A stretch of DNA of 64,000 bases from an uncultured Gammaproteobacteria bacterium (GTDB lineage Bacteria > Pseudomonadota > Gammaproteobacteria > SG8-11): NCBI GenBank assembly GCA_964654485.1, contig CAZZJI010000002.1, positions 57,702-121,701 on the forward strand, written 5' to 3'. This document shows positions 36,712-47,219 of this stretch, in pieces. The notes under the pieces are model-generated. The model did not search any database. It was not told the origin of the DNA and saw only the letters and a program-made list of their open reading frames with translations. Numbering within the stretch: position 1 is the first letter of the stretch; each line of letters begins with the position of its first letter. A program made the position numbers and the translations under genes.

Positions 36712-39579
36712 ATGGGGAATCAGGCTCACACCGAAAAGATACAGCTAAACGCAGAAGGGACAGCAACAGGTGTACTTAAAATTATAACCGAGCTGTTAGC
36801 AGAAATTCATGCGCAACAATTAATTACACAAACTGTTAATCTCGATAGCACGCTGGATCGAGAGTTGGGATTTGATAGCCTGGCTCGTGTAGAGCTGTTA
36901 AGCCGTATTGAACATGAATTTCACATTGCCTTCCCTGAAAGGATATTCATCGAAGCGGAAACACCACGCGATTTATTACGTGCAACCCTCAGCGCCAGTA
37001 GTCCAAAAGTGATTGAAAACATCACGCCACTCAGTCAAACCACACTCGCTAAAGAGGAAACCGCACCAATTTCTGCGAAGACGCTAATTGATGTCCTTGA
37101 TTGGCACGTGTTGAGCCACCCGGATCGTCCTCATATTAAGCTATATAATGGTGACGAAGAGGAAGATGTCATCACGTATCGTGACCTCATGCAGGGTGCG
37201 GAAACTGTAATGGCTGGTCTACAACAACACGGTGTAGTTCCGGGTGAAGCAGTCGCAATCATGTTGCCTCCCGACCGGGATTATTTTTTTAGTTTTTTCG
37301 GTATACTGCTTGCTGGTGCCGTACCAGTGCCAATTTATCCCCCGGTGCGACCGTCCCAGATCGAGGACCATATGCGTCGCCACAAAAACATTCTGGGCAA
37401 TTGTCTAGCGTCGACACTCATCACCGTACCCGAAGGAAAAAAAATTGCAGGCCTACTTAAATCCCTGGTCGACACATTACGAAGTGTAGTTACAGTGAAA
37501 GAACTGTGTTTCGTATCGAAAAATTATCAACGGCCTGTTATTGGCGCTTTCGACACCGCCTTTCTACAATACACTTCGGGCAGCACCGGCAATCCAAAAG
37601 GCGTGGTGTTGTCTCATGCTAATTTATTGGCAAACATCCGGGCGATGGGTGAAACTATTCAGGCTAGCTCCAATGATGTTTTTGTAAGCTGGCTGCCTCT
37701 ATACCACGACATGGGTTTGATCGGTGCCTGGCTGGGTAGCCTGTACTATGCTGCCTCACTGGTAATTATGTCACCATTGACCTTTATCACCCGCCCGCAA
37801 AGCTGGCTTCGGGCAATTCATCAATTCCGTGGCACCCTCTCTGCATCCCCAAACTTTGGTTATGAACTGTGTCTACGTAGATTAGATGATAAGGATATTA
37901 AAGGACTGGATCTCAGTTCCTGGCGTATTGCTTTTAATGGTGCCGAACAGGTGAGTCCGGAAACAACACAACGGTTTTGTGAACGGTTTAGTCAATATGG
38001 TTTTCGACGTCAGGCATTTATGCCGGTCTATGGTTTAGCTGAAAGCTCAGTGGGATTAACCTTTCCGCCGCTTGGTCGCGGTCCACTCATTGACAAAATC
38101 CAACGCGAACCCTTCATGCGCACGGGTCGTGCTATTCCGGTTGAAATGAAAAAAACGGATAACAATGCATTATCTTTTGTCTCCTGTGGCACACCTTTGG
38201 CAAACCACCAAATCCGCATAGTGGATCAGACAAACCAGGAACTGCCTGACCGACAAGAAGGTCATTTACAATTTTGTGGCCCATCGGTAACCAGCGGCTA
38301 TTTTCGCAACCCACGTGAAAACCGTCGACTTTTTGTCGGCGATTGGGTCAATTCCGGCGACCTGGCTTATATTGCCAATGGTGAGTTACATCTGACTGGG
38401 CGCAGCAAAGACATTATTATCCGGGCCGGCCGCAACCTCTATCCACATGAACTGGAAGAAGCCGTTGGAGAGATAGAGGGTATCCGCAAAGGAAGGGTCG
38501 CTGCATTTGGTAGTACCGATCCCGTCGCGAACACAGAACAATTAGTGATATTAGCGGAAACGCGCGAAGATAAAACAAGCGCACTGGCCCATTTACGCAC
38601 CCAAATTATTTCCACGGCCATTGATCTGGTCGGTACACCACCCGATGAGGTGATACTTGCACCACCGGACACTATTTTGAAAACATCCAGTGGAAAAATC
38701 CGCCGTACTGCCTGCCGAGAAATTTATGAAAAGGGCCTTATAAATAAGCCCAAAAAAGCAGTGTGGTTGCAGGTGATGCATTTAATTCTGGTAGGCATGG
38801 TACCGCAACTGCAGCGTGCGCGACGAGTTCTGGTGTCAGCACTCTTTGGCCTTTATGCACGTCTGGTCTTCTGGACACTCGCCCCTGTCACATGGCTGTC
38901 GGTAATAGTACTACCACGCCCGTCTTGGCGCTGGGCAATCATGCGCTTCGCCACTCACCTGCTCGCTCGAGCCACGCGGACAACTGTTTCAGTACAAGGA
39001 AAGGAACATCTACTACCGTCTGAGCAACCCTGTGTGTACATAGCCAATCATGCGAGTTACCTTGACGGTCCACTGTTAGTACTGGTTTTATCTCGACAGT
39101 TCAGCTTTGTGGCCAAAGAAGCGTTTATTAGGCGATCTATATCCGGTTTATTTTTACGCCGCATACAAGCAGAGTTTGTTGAACGCTTTGATATTCAGCA
39201 AAGTGTTAAAGACGCACAACGTTTGGTATCCGTAGCAAAAGCAGGTCGATCACTGCTATTTTTCCCAGAGGGTACATTCACGCGTGTTCCCGGCTTGCTG
39301 CGCTTTCACATGGGGGCGTTTGCTATTGCGGCGCAAGCCAACGTCCCCATCATACCGATCACAATACGCGGTAATCGTTCTATATTTCGTGAAAACTCCT
39401 GGTTACCTCACCATGGAGCTATCACAGTTATTATCGGTGCGCCGATTAATCCGACTAATATCTCAGTCCCAGATAAAAGCAACACCTGGAATATAGCGCT
39501 CGTATTGCGTGATAGTGCTCGTCAACATATCTTACGTAATTGCGGCGAGCCAGACCTGGGCAAAGAAAAATTTCAATAG
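36712..39579 (+). CDS. Tri-domain carrier-protein / fatty-acyl-AMP ligase / lysophospholipid acyltransferase (PlsC-like) fusion
   Basis: Carrier-protein motif LGFDSLARVEL, AMP-binding YTSGSTGNPKGV, and acyltransferase motifs NHASYLDG and FPEGTFTR. Confidence 0.8.
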   Translation: MGNQAHTEKIQLNAEGTATGVLKIITELLAEIHAQQLITQTVNLDSTLDRELGFDSLARVELLSRIEHEFHIAFPERIFIEAETPRDLLRATLSASSPKVIENITPLSQTTLAKEETAPISAKTLIDVLDWHVLSHPDRPHIKLYNGDEEEDVITYRDLMQGAETVMAGLQQHGVVPGEAVAIMLPPDRDYFFSFFGILLAGAVPVPIYPPVRPSQIEDHMRRHKNILGNCLASTLITVPEGKKIAGLLKSLVDTLRSVVTVKELCFVSKNYQRPVIGAFDTAFLQYTSGSTGNPKGVVLSHANLLANIRAMGETIQASSNDVFVSWLPLYHDMGLIGAWLGSLYYAASLVIMSPLTFITRPQSWLRAIHQFRGTLSASPNFGYELCLRRLDDKDIKGLDLSSWRIAFNGAEQVSPETTQRFCERFSQYGFRRQAFMPVYGLAESSVGLTFPPLGRGPLIDKIQREPFMRTGRAIPVEMKKTDNNALSFVSCGTPLANHQIRIVDQTNQELPDRQEGHLQFCGPSVTSGYFRNPRENRRLFVGDWVNSGDLAYIANGELHLTGRSKDIIIRAGRNLYPHELEEAVGEIEGIRKGRVAAFGSTDPVANTEQLVILAETREDKTSALAHLRTQIISTAIDLVGTPPDEVILAPPDTILKTSSGKIRRTACREIYEKGLINKPKKAVWLQVMHLILVGMVPQLQRARRVLVSALFGLYARLVFWTLAPVTWLSVIVLPRPSWRWAIMRFATHLLARATRTTVSVQGKEHLLPSEQPCVYIANHASYLDGPLLVLVLSRQFSFVAKEAFIRRSISGLFLRRIQAEFVERFDIQQSVKDAQRLVSVAKAGRSLLFFPEGTFTRVPGLLRFHMGAFAIAAQANVPIIPITIRGNRSIFRENSWLPHHGAITVIIGAPINPTNISVPDKSNTWNIALVLRDSARQHILRNCGEPDLGKEKFQ

Positions 39580-39607
39580 ATGAGCTAATGCTAAAGGGAT
39601 AATCACG

Positions 39608-40951
39608 TTGTTCAAAATAAAAAAAGGTCTTGATATTCCAATTGCGAATCCACCGGAGCAAAAGATCTATGACGCGCAGCCGGTAGAGACGGTGGCGTTG
39701 GTTGGGCGCGATTATATTTGGCGGCGGGGTTCATTGTTAGTTCGAGAAGGTGATCGCGTCAAATTGGGCCAACCCGTGGTCCGGGACAAGAAACTACCTG
39801 ACATTATGGGTACTTCTCCTGGATGTGGAACAGTAGAGGCTATTCTTCGCGGCCCGAAACGTGTGCTCGCCACGTTTGTTATTCGCTTGGATGGTGACGA
39901 AGAAGTACATTTCCCGACTTTCGATGATGACGCAATTTACAAACTTTCCGCCGATAAAATTAAAGAAAATCTACTGATTTCCGGATTGTGGACTTCATTT
40001 CGAACTCGGCCCTATAGCACCCTGGCTGATCCTCACAGTATGCCTTACGCCATATTAATCACTGCAATCGATACCAATCCGCTGGCGCCCGATCCCATGG
40101 TGATTATTAGTACTGCAGCGGAAGATTTTCGGCGAGGCGTTGCACTCATCGCTAAACTGACCGAAGGCACGCTATTCGTTTGCAAAGCGCCGGACGCGCA
40201 GTTACCGATAGATGAGAAAACCAATATCGAAATCGCAAGTTTTTCAGGGCCCCACCCTGCAGGATTAGTAGGTACCCATATCCATTTTCTTTGCCCGGTT
40301 AGTGCAAATCGTACAGTCTGGCATATAGGGTATCAAGATGTCATTGCTATTGGACGTTTGTTTAACAGTGGCAGACGCGACCTACACAGAATAATTTCCT
40401 TAGCTGGGCCAGCAGTGCAACGGCCCCGGTTGATACGCACGCGCACCGGCGCCAATACCAATGAATTAGTGCAAGGTGAACTGGACTGTACACGGTGCAG
40501 GTTGATTTCAGGTTCAATATTATCCGGCTATCAGGCCAGTGACAGCACTGCTTATTTAGGACGTTATCACAATCAAATTACCGTATTGGGCGAAGGTGGT
40601 GACCGTGAAATGTTCAAATTTTTAATGCCTGGCCGCGATATGTTTTCCGCAACCCGTACCTTTATTTCCAGTGTGTTACCAAAAAAACGTTTTGCGATGA
40701 CGACCTCCCAAAATGGCAGCGCCCGAGCCATGGTACCTATCGGCAGTTATGAGCGGGTAATGCCGTTGGATATCCTTGCCACCCCGTTACTGCGTTCGCT
40801 TGTAGTCAAAGACACCGAATCCGCGCAAGCGTTAGGCTGCCTGGAACTGGATGAGGAAGACCTGGCATTGTGCTCTTATGTGGATCCCGGTAAATATGAT
40901 TTTGGATCAGTTTTACGCGAAAATCTAATGCACATTTTTAAGGAAGGCTAA
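39608..40951 (+). CDS. nqrA: Na+-translocating NADH:quinone oxidoreductase subunit A
   Basis: [12 protein letters not shown]… canonical NqrA N-terminus; 447 aa. Confidence 0.9.
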   Translation: MFKIKKGLDIPIANPPEQKIYDAQPVETVALVGRDYIWRRGSLLVREGDRVKLGQPVVRDKKLPDIMGTSPGCGTVEAILRGPKRVLATFVIRLDGDEEVHFPTFDDDAIYKLSADKIKENLLISGLWTSFRTRPYSTLADPHSMPYAILITAIDTNPLAPDPMVIISTAAEDFRRGVALIAKLTEGTLFVCKAPDAQLPIDEKTNIEIASFSGPHPAGLVGTHIHFLCPVSANRTVWHIGYQDVIAIGRLFNSGRRDLHRIISLAGPAVQRPRLIRTRTGANTNELVQGELDCTRCRLISGSILSGYQASDSTAYLGRYHNQITVLGEGGDREMFKFLMPGRDMFSATRTFISSVLPKKRFAMTTSQNGSARAMVPIGSYERVMPLDILATPLLRSLVVKDTESAQALGCLELDEEDLALCSYVDPGKYDFGSVLRENLMHIFKEG

Positions 40952-42195
40952 TGCGTCCATTACGTAATTTTCTTGACCGTATGGAACCCTTATTTCAAAA
41001 GGGGGGTCGCTTTGAACAGTTTGGCGCCTTATTTGAAGCTATCGATACCTTTTTATATTCGCCAAAAGATGTCACCCAAGGTTCGCCCCACGTGCGTGAT
41101 GCCGTAGACCTCAAACGCGTCATGATGACAGTGTATTTTGCGGTATTGCCTTGTTTTTTTATGGCGATGTATATCGTGGGTCACGATGCCAACGCCCTCA
41201 TGACGGCAAACGGTATTACTTCCGTACCAGGTTGGCGCGGTACATTCCTGGACAACATAGGTATCGGCTATGACCCTAATAATATCTGGGCGTGTTTCTG
41301 GCATGGCGCCATGTATGTTTTGCCGATTTATCTGGTTACCTTCCTGGTCGGCCTTACTTGGGAAATCGTGTTTGCCATCGTTCGCAATCATGAAGTCAAT
41401 GAAGGTTTTTTTGTCACGTCCATATTGTTCACCCTTACTTTACCGGCGACCATTCCATTATGGCAGGTCGCATTGGGCATATCATTTGGTGTAGTGATAG
41501 GCAAAGAAATCTTCGGTGGTGTGGGTAAGAATTTTCTCAACCCAGCGCTGGTAGGTCGTGCATTTCTATTTTTTGCCTATCCCGCGCAAATGTCAGGTAA
41601 TTCGGTTTGGGTTCCGGTTGACGTGGTGAGTAGTGCGACGTCTGTTGCAGTTGATGCGGTGAGTAGTGCTACGCCTTTGGCTTTATGGAACAGTGGCGGT
41701 GTAGAGGCAGTCCATGCAGCAGGCATAAACTGGGAAAATGCATTTTTAGGCCTCATTCCAGGTTCAATAGGTGAAACATCGACGTTGGCCTGCTTACTCG
41801 GCGCAGTAATATTGATTTATACACGCATCGCGTCTTGGCGAATTATGGCGGGTGTGCTCGCCGGCCTGGTTGTCGTGACGCTGTTTTTCAATTGGCTGGG
41901 CAGTGAGACCAATCCGATGTTTTCCATGCCCTGGTACTGGCATTTAGTATTAGGTGGTTATGCATTTGGATTAGTCTTCATGGCCACCGACCCGGTATCC
42001 GCATCAATGACAGAAACGGGGAAATGGATATTTGGCATACTCATCGGTGTGATGGTTGGCCTCATCAGAGTGGTGAATCCCGCCTATCCGGAAGGCATGA
42101 TGTTAGCCATCTTGTTCGCTAATGTATTTGCGCCCCTTATCGACTGGTTCGTTATACAGGCCAATATCCGACGGAGGTTAAAGCGCAATGCCTAA
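40951..42195 (+). CDS. nqrB: Na+-NQR subunit B
   Basis: Polytopic protein with the NqrB FMN-attachment region (…SGNSVWV…SSATP…). Confidence 0.9.
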   Translation: MRPLRNFLDRMEPLFQKGGRFEQFGALFEAIDTFLYSPKDVTQGSPHVRDAVDLKRVMMTVYFAVLPCFFMAMYIVGHDANALMTANGITSVPGWRGTFLDNIGIGYDPNNIWACFWHGAMYVLPIYLVTFLVGLTWEIVFAIVRNHEVNEGFFVTSILFTLTLPATIPLWQVALGISFGVVIGKEIFGGVGKNFLNPALVGRAFLFFAYPAQMSGNSVWVPVDVVSSATSVAVDAVSSATPLALWNSGGVEAVHAAGINWENAFLGLIPGSIGETSTLACLLGAVILIYTRIASWRIMAGVLAGLVVVTLFFNWLGSETNPMFSMPWYWHLVLGGYAFGLVFMATDPVSASMTETGKWIFGILIGVMVGLIRVVNPAYPEGMMLAILFANVFAPLIDWFVIQANIRRRLKRNA

Positions 42196-43009
42196 ATCAT
42201 CGTCAACACCGATACACAAAAGGCTGCTCGCTTTACCTAATGACGACAAGCGAAAAATAGTTTTTGTCGCGACCATTTTATGTTTGGTATGTTCCGTATT
42301 GGTGTCTACCGCAGCAGTTACACTGCGGTCGCTACAGGAAAACAATGCACAAATTGCTCGCAAGATGGAAATTCTCAAGGTGGCGGGCTTGCGCTCGTCG
42401 GGTGTAGATCTGGATGTCTATTTTAATCAACACATACAGACCAAAATCGTTGATCTGAATAGCGGTGAGTATATAGAAGATTTTAATGAATCGACATTTG
42501 ACGAACGTAAAACAGCACGTGACCAAAACACCAGTATCGAACTACTTGCCAAGCAGGATATCGCAAGAATTAAACGACGGGCAAATTATGTGCGTGTCTA
42601 TCTAATACCTGATGAACAAGGAAAGATTAACAAAATTGTATTGCCGGTTCACGGTTATGGGCTGTGGTCCACCATGTACGGTTTTTTAGCACTCAGTGCA
42701 GACGGTAGGACCATAGCTGATCTCACTTTTTACGAACAAACTGAAACCGCCGGACTGGGTGCAGAAGTTACCAACCCCAAATGGTTGGCACAGTTTGCTG
42801 GAAAACAAGCACTGGACTCGCAAGGCAGGCCGTTAATCCGGGTTGGCAAGGGCCCGGTAAATGCTGATGACACGGCGGCAAACTATTTAGTTGACGGTAT
42901 ATCCGGTGCGACGCTGACAAGTATAGGCGTGACAAATTTGATGCATTTCTGGTTGGGTGAATTGGGTTTTGGCCCTTATCTGGCAAAATTGCGTCAGCAT
43001 AATGACTAG
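42188..43009 (+). CDS. nqrC: Na+-NQR subunit C
   Basis: Single TM plus the FMN-binding domain (…SGATLTS…). Confidence 0.88.
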   Translation: MPKSSSTPIHKRLLALPNDDKRKIVFVATILCLVCSVLVSTAAVTLRSLQENNAQIARKMEILKVAGLRSSGVDLDVYFNQHIQTKIVDLNSGEYIEDFNESTFDERKTARDQNTSIELLAKQDIARIKRRANYVRVYLIPDEQGKINKIVLPVHGYGLWSTMYGFLALSADGRTIADLTFYEQTETAGLGAEVTNPKWLAQFAGKQALDSQGRPLIRVGKGPVNADDTAANYLVDGISGATLTSIGVTNLMHFWLGELGFGPYLAKLRQHND

Positions 43010-43082
43010 TCAGTAGAAAGACCTTGGTTACACAGAGACTATAATTGAAGTATAGAGTTTAAATATTTATAGCGCATGGACA

Positions 43083-43763
43083 TTGCCAATGACAATACAA
43101 ACAAAAAAGAACTTACTTGATCCTTTAATCGATCCTTTAGTCAATAAGAATCCCATTACGCTGCAAATTTTGGGTATATGCTCAGCCTTAGCTGTGACGA
43201 CAAAATTGGCTCCGGCCCTTATCATGGGCCTGGCGGTAACGGTTGTGCTCAGCGTCTCCAGTGTCTCAATAAGTCTAATACGTAAACATATTCCGGGCAG
43301 TATTCGCATTATTGTCCAAATGACCATAATTGCATCTTTGGTCATTATAGTTGACCAATTTCTTAAAGCTTATGCCTATGAATTAAGTAAACAACTCTCG
43401 GTGTTTATCGGTTTGATCATTACCAATTGCATTGTGATGGGACGCGCGGAAACCTTTGCGATGCATAACCCACCCACGGCAAGTTTTTTAGATGGTTTAG
43501 GCCATGCCATGGGTTACAGTTTGATTTTGATCATTGTTGCCGTAGTACGCGAATTATTAGGTTCTGGCACGTTAATGGATTATACCATCCTGCCACTGGT
43601 TAAAGATGGCGGCTGGTATGAACCCAATGGCTTAATGTTACTGGCGCCGGGCGCATTTTTTATTATCGGTTTATTGATATGGGCGATCCGCACCTGGAAG
43701 CCGGATCAAGTGGAAAAACCAGAGTATCAAATTCATGTGGTGCACCGTACTGAGGTTATGTGA
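43083..43763 (+). CDS. nqrD: Na+-NQR subunit D
   Basis: …[19 protein letters not shown]… canonical NqrD. Confidence 0.9.
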   Translation: MPMTIQTKKNLLDPLIDPLVNKNPITLQILGICSALAVTTKLAPALIMGLAVTVVLSVSSVSISLIRKHIPGSIRIIVQMTIIASLVIIVDQFLKAYAYELSKQLSVFIGLIITNCIVMGRAETFAMHNPPTASFLDGLGHAMGYSLILIIVAVVRELLGSGTLMDYTILPLVKDGGWYEPNGLMLLAPGAFFIIGLLIWAIRTWKPDQVEKPEYQIHVVHRTEVM

Positions 43764-44371
43764 TGGAAACCTATCTATCCTTGTTTGTACGATCCATTTT
43801 CGTCGAAAATCTTGCTTTGTCATTTTTTCTGGGTATATGCACTTTTTTAGCGGTCTCTAAAAAAATTGAAACGGCACTTGCATTGGGCGCCGCAGTAGTC
43901 GTCGTGCAAGGCATTACCTTACCAATAAATAATCTTATTGCCACTTACTTATTAAATGATGGCGCTTTGTCCTGGTTGGGATTACCCGATGTCAACCTGG
44001 TCTATTTACATCTTATTATTTTCATTGGTGTAATCGCCGCGATGGTGCAAATTCTGGAAATGATTCTGGATCGTTATGTTCCGGCTTTGTATAACGCCTT
44101 GGGTATTTTTCTGCCGTTAATAACGGTCAATTGCGCTATCCTTGGAGGCTCACTCTTTATGTTTAATCGCTCCTATAATTTTACCGAAAGCGTCGTGTTT
44201 GGCGTGGGATCCGGGCTGGGTTGGGCATTGGCTATCGTCGGCCTGGCGGCGGTCCGTGAAAAACTAAAATACAGTGATGTGCCTGAAGGGTTACAAGGTT
44301 TGGGTATTACATTTATTGTTGCCGGGCTTATGTCTTTGTCCTTCATGTCATTTTCGGGAATACAATTATAA
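43760..44371 (+). CDS. nqrE: Na+-NQR subunit E
   Basis: …[20 protein letters not shown]… canonical NqrE. Confidence 0.9.
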   Translation: MMETYLSLFVRSIFVENLALSFFLGICTFLAVSKKIETALALGAAVVVVQGITLPINNLIATYLLNDGALSWLGLPDVNLVYLHLIIFIGVIAAMVQILEMILDRYVPALYNALGIFLPLITVNCAILGGSLFMFNRSYNFTESVVFGVGSGLGWALAIVGLAAVREKLKYSDVPEGLQGLGITFIVAGLMSLSFMSFSGIQL

Positions 44372-44425
44372 GTCAATATTTTATTATATAGATGAGACAT
44401 TTCAAAATACGATATGGGTATCCAG

Positions 44426-45643
44426 ATGCTTGAGATCATCCTTGGAGTAAGCATGTTTAGCATCATCATTTTATTACTGGTGGGGCTAATATTATTCGCA
44501 CGATCTAAACTGGTTGCCAGTGGTGCTATCGATGTACTGATAAACGAGGAAAAAATCTTCCGTCTACCCGTGGGCCAAAAATTACTCAATGCCCTGGCAC
44601 AAACCAACCTGTTTTTGGCGTCTGCTTGTGGTGGTAAAGGAACGTGCGGGCAATGCAAAGTGCGCATAACGGAAGGTGGAGGAGAAATTCTTGCTACGGA
44701 AACATCTCTCATAAGCAAACGGGAGTCGCTGCACGGTGACCGCCTGGCATGCCAAGTGGCATTGAAGCAGAATATGAAAATCGAAATACCCGCAGAGGTG
44801 TTTGGTATTAAAAAATGGAATTGTACAGTGCGTAGCAATCGCTATATATCAACATTTATAAAAGAATTGACGCTGGCACTACCTTCAGGCAAAAAACTTA
44901 ATTTTCGCGCGGGTGGTTATATTCAAATTGAGTGCCCTCCCCACCACATTTATTACAAAGATATGGATGTACCGAATGAGTACCGAGCCGATTGGGACAA
45001 ATTTGATATGTGGCGATATGAATCAATATCCAAGGTCACGGTGGAAAGGGCTTATTCTATGGCTAACTATCCCTCTGAGAATGACATTGTAATGCTGGAT
45101 GTCCGTCTCGCTTCACCCCCTCCCAATCAACCTGAAGCACCACCGGGAGTTGTGTCTTCTTATATTCATAGTCTGCACCCAGGCGATAGCGTTACCATTT
45201 CTGGTCCTTATGGAGAATTCTTTGCCAAAGACACCGATACTGAAATGATTTATATCGGCGGTGGCGCCGGCATGGCACCCATGCGCTCGCACATATTTGA
45301 TTTATTAGAACGTTTACATAGTAAGCGGAAAATCAGCTTCTGGTACGGTGCGCGAAGCAAACGGGAAATTATTTACCAACACGAGTTCGATCAGTTGCAA
45401 AAAAAACACGACAATTTTGAATGGCATGTCGTACTTTCTCAGCCTCGAGCAGATGATAATTGGCTCGGTTATAGCGGCTATGTGCACACGGTACTTTTAC
45501 GCGAATACTTAAATGAACATCCTGCACCGGAAGACTGTGAATATTATTTGTGTGGTCCGCCCATGTTAACTGCTTCGGTGGTAAGTATGCTTGATGATCT
45601 GGGCGTGGACCCGGAAGATATTTTATTTGATGATTTTGGCTAA
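44426..45643 (+). CDS. nqrF: Na+-NQR subunit F
   Basis: TM helix, [2Fe-2S] ferredoxin Cys motif ([12 protein letters not shown]) and an FAD/NADH-binding domain. Start taken at the internal Met MLEIILGV. Confidence 0.9.
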   Translation: MLEIILGVSMFSIIILLLVGLILFARSKLVASGAIDVLINEEKIFRLPVGQKLLNALAQTNLFLASACGGKGTCGQCKVRITEGGGEILATETSLISKRESLHGDRLACQVALKQNMKIEIPAEVFGIKKWNCTVRSNRYISTFIKELTLALPSGKKLNFRAGGYIQIECPPHHIYYKDMDVPNEYRADWDKFDMWRYESISKVTVERAYSMANYPSENDIVMLDVRLASPPPNQPEAPPGVVSSYIHSLHPGDSVTISGPYGEFFAKDTDTEMIYIGGGAGMAPMRSHIFDLLERLHSKRKISFWYGARSKREIIYQHEFDQLQKKHDNFEWHVVLSQPRADDNWLGYSGYVHTVLLREYLNEHPAPEDCEYYLCGPPMLTASVVSMLDDLGVDPEDILFDDFG

Positions 45644-45718
45644 AAAATAATGTGGTTGCGGAATCACTTCAATAGTGACGCAAGAGTCTTGTGTAAAACT
45701 GCAAAAAGGAATTAGAAA

Positions 45719-45922
45719 ATGATGGAATTAATACTGAGTTTTTTGGCATTCCTGTTCATGATATTAAGCATGAGTGTTGGTGTTTATTTTGGTCGCCGGG
45801 CTTTGCAAGGCAGCTGCGGTGGGTTGAATCAATTACAGGGCATTGATTCCGATTGCGACGGCCAATGCCAACGACCATGTCCTAAAAAAAAGAAATCAAC
45901 CCTGTCAGTAGGAGATAGGTGA
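45719..45922 (+). CDS. nqrM: Na+-NQR maturation protein NqrM
   Basis: 67 aa with a TM helix plus the Cys motif GSCGG…CDGQCQRPC typical of NqrM (DUF539). Confidence 0.75.
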   Translation: MMELILSFLAFLFMILSMSVGVYFGRRALQGSCGGLNQLQGIDSDCDGQCQRPCPKKKKSTLSVGDR

Positions 45923-46308
45923 TGGATACCATGTTAGTAAAAGACCATATGACGCGTAAGATTGTTACGCTACGACCAGACATGGATATAATGGAAGCCG
46001 TCAATATCTTGTGTGAAAATCAAGTGCCCGGTGCACCTGTGGTGGATCAATTAGGAAATTTTATTGGCATCTTGTCAGAAAAAGATTGCCTTAATGGCGT
46101 TTTGAATGCCGCTTATTATGAAGAACGAGGTGGACGGGTGGATGCGTTTATGCATCGCAACGTAGAAGTGGTTGAGGCCGAGGACAATATCACCGATGTT
46201 GCCAAACGTCTTGTTGATAAAGGTTACCGTGGAATGCCTGTCATCCACAATAATATCCTGGTGGGTATGATAAACCGTTCGGATGTATTAAAAGCTATCG
46301 TCAAGTGA
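45919..46308 (+). CDS. CBS-domain pair protein
   Basis: Two CBS repeats (…VVTLRPDMDIMEAV…; …VEVVEAEDNITDVAKRL…). ATGA overlap with nqrM. Confidence 0.7.
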   Translation: MMDTMLVKDHMTRKIVTLRPDMDIMEAVNILCENQVPGAPVVDQLGNFIGILSEKDCLNGVLNAAYYEERGGRVDAFMHRNVEVVEAEDNITDVAKRLVDKGYRGMPVIHNNILVGMINRSDVLKAIVK

Positions 46309-46342
46309 ACGTAGCCTTGTATCTGGAATTAAGACACTGTGA

Positions 46343-46375
46343 GGGCCCCCACCTGAGTGGGGGTCCTTGTTATAT
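46343..46375. terminator. Rho-independent terminator (bidirectional position between CBS gene and cspA)
   Basis: GGGCCCCCAC-ctga-GTGGGGGTCC, a 10-bp GC stem with one G·U wobble, followed by cttgttatatat on the + strand. Confidence 0.6.
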
Positions 46376-46392
46376 ATCAAAGAATCGGCTAA

Positions 46393-46599
46393 TTAACCTG
46401 TGACTCTGACGTGGCTGGCTTGGGGGCCTTTGGGACCATTTTCTACTTCAAAGCTTACGGTTTGTCCTTCAGACAGTGTTTTAAAACCCTCATTCTGCAG
46501 TGAAGAAAAGTGTACAAACACATCAGTCCCACCATCATCGGGGGATATAAAACCAAATCCTTTAGCATCGTTAAACCATTTAACATTACCTGTAGTCAT
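46393..46599 (-). CDS. cspA: Cold-shock protein (CspA family)
   Basis: [15 protein letters not shown]…DVFVHFS RNP1/RNP2 motifs; 68 aa. Confidence 0.92.
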   Translation of the reverse strand: MTTGNVKWFNDAKGFGFISPDDGGTDVFVHFSSLQNEGFKTLSEGQTVSFEVENGPKGPQASHVRVTG

Positions 46600-47219
46600 G
46601 TAAATTACCTCTATAATAAATAAAATAAAAATATTGCAAATCTTGTTGAGGTATTACAGGAGAAAACCGGAAGGATACTGCTGATACATCTATTAAATTG
46701 CAACCAGGGTGTGTAGTAACATTTTATTCGTCGCAATGTCCCCCTTTAGTTACTTCATGGATCACGCTGCATGACGTTGTGCCAGCGGTGTACTGACTTA
46801 AAACATTTGCTACACGTTCCATTTGAGTTGAATTCACTCTAAAAGTTCCAGTTGTCTAAAAATAAACATCACCACCGAAATGTAATATACATCGAAGTAA
46901 AAAAGTAATAATACAAAAAGTCTTTTATTTAGATTCTGCACCTTAGTCGTTCGCACCCGTGCATGAATGCACGTAGTTAGAGGTAGGTTCAACTGATTTT
47001 TTTAGGTTAAACAGGTCGCCTTTGGCCTTTACTATAGAGTAAAGGCCGTTCGATAGCTGCCAGTTTTAGGTGTGTATACGTCATCCATGACGCATTATAA
47101 ACCTTAGTATTCAAAACATAACTAAGACAGATGGGTATCTTCTAATTTTCTTAGTTTCCTAAAAGATAGCTATATTTCTGCTTGAATAAGCATAACTGAT
47201 CATTGTTTTCCTTATATTA

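Noticed and set aside
44173-44838. 221-aa minus-strand ORF overlapping nqrE/nqrF
   Set aside because: Antisense to canonical Nqr subunits; no recognisable domains.
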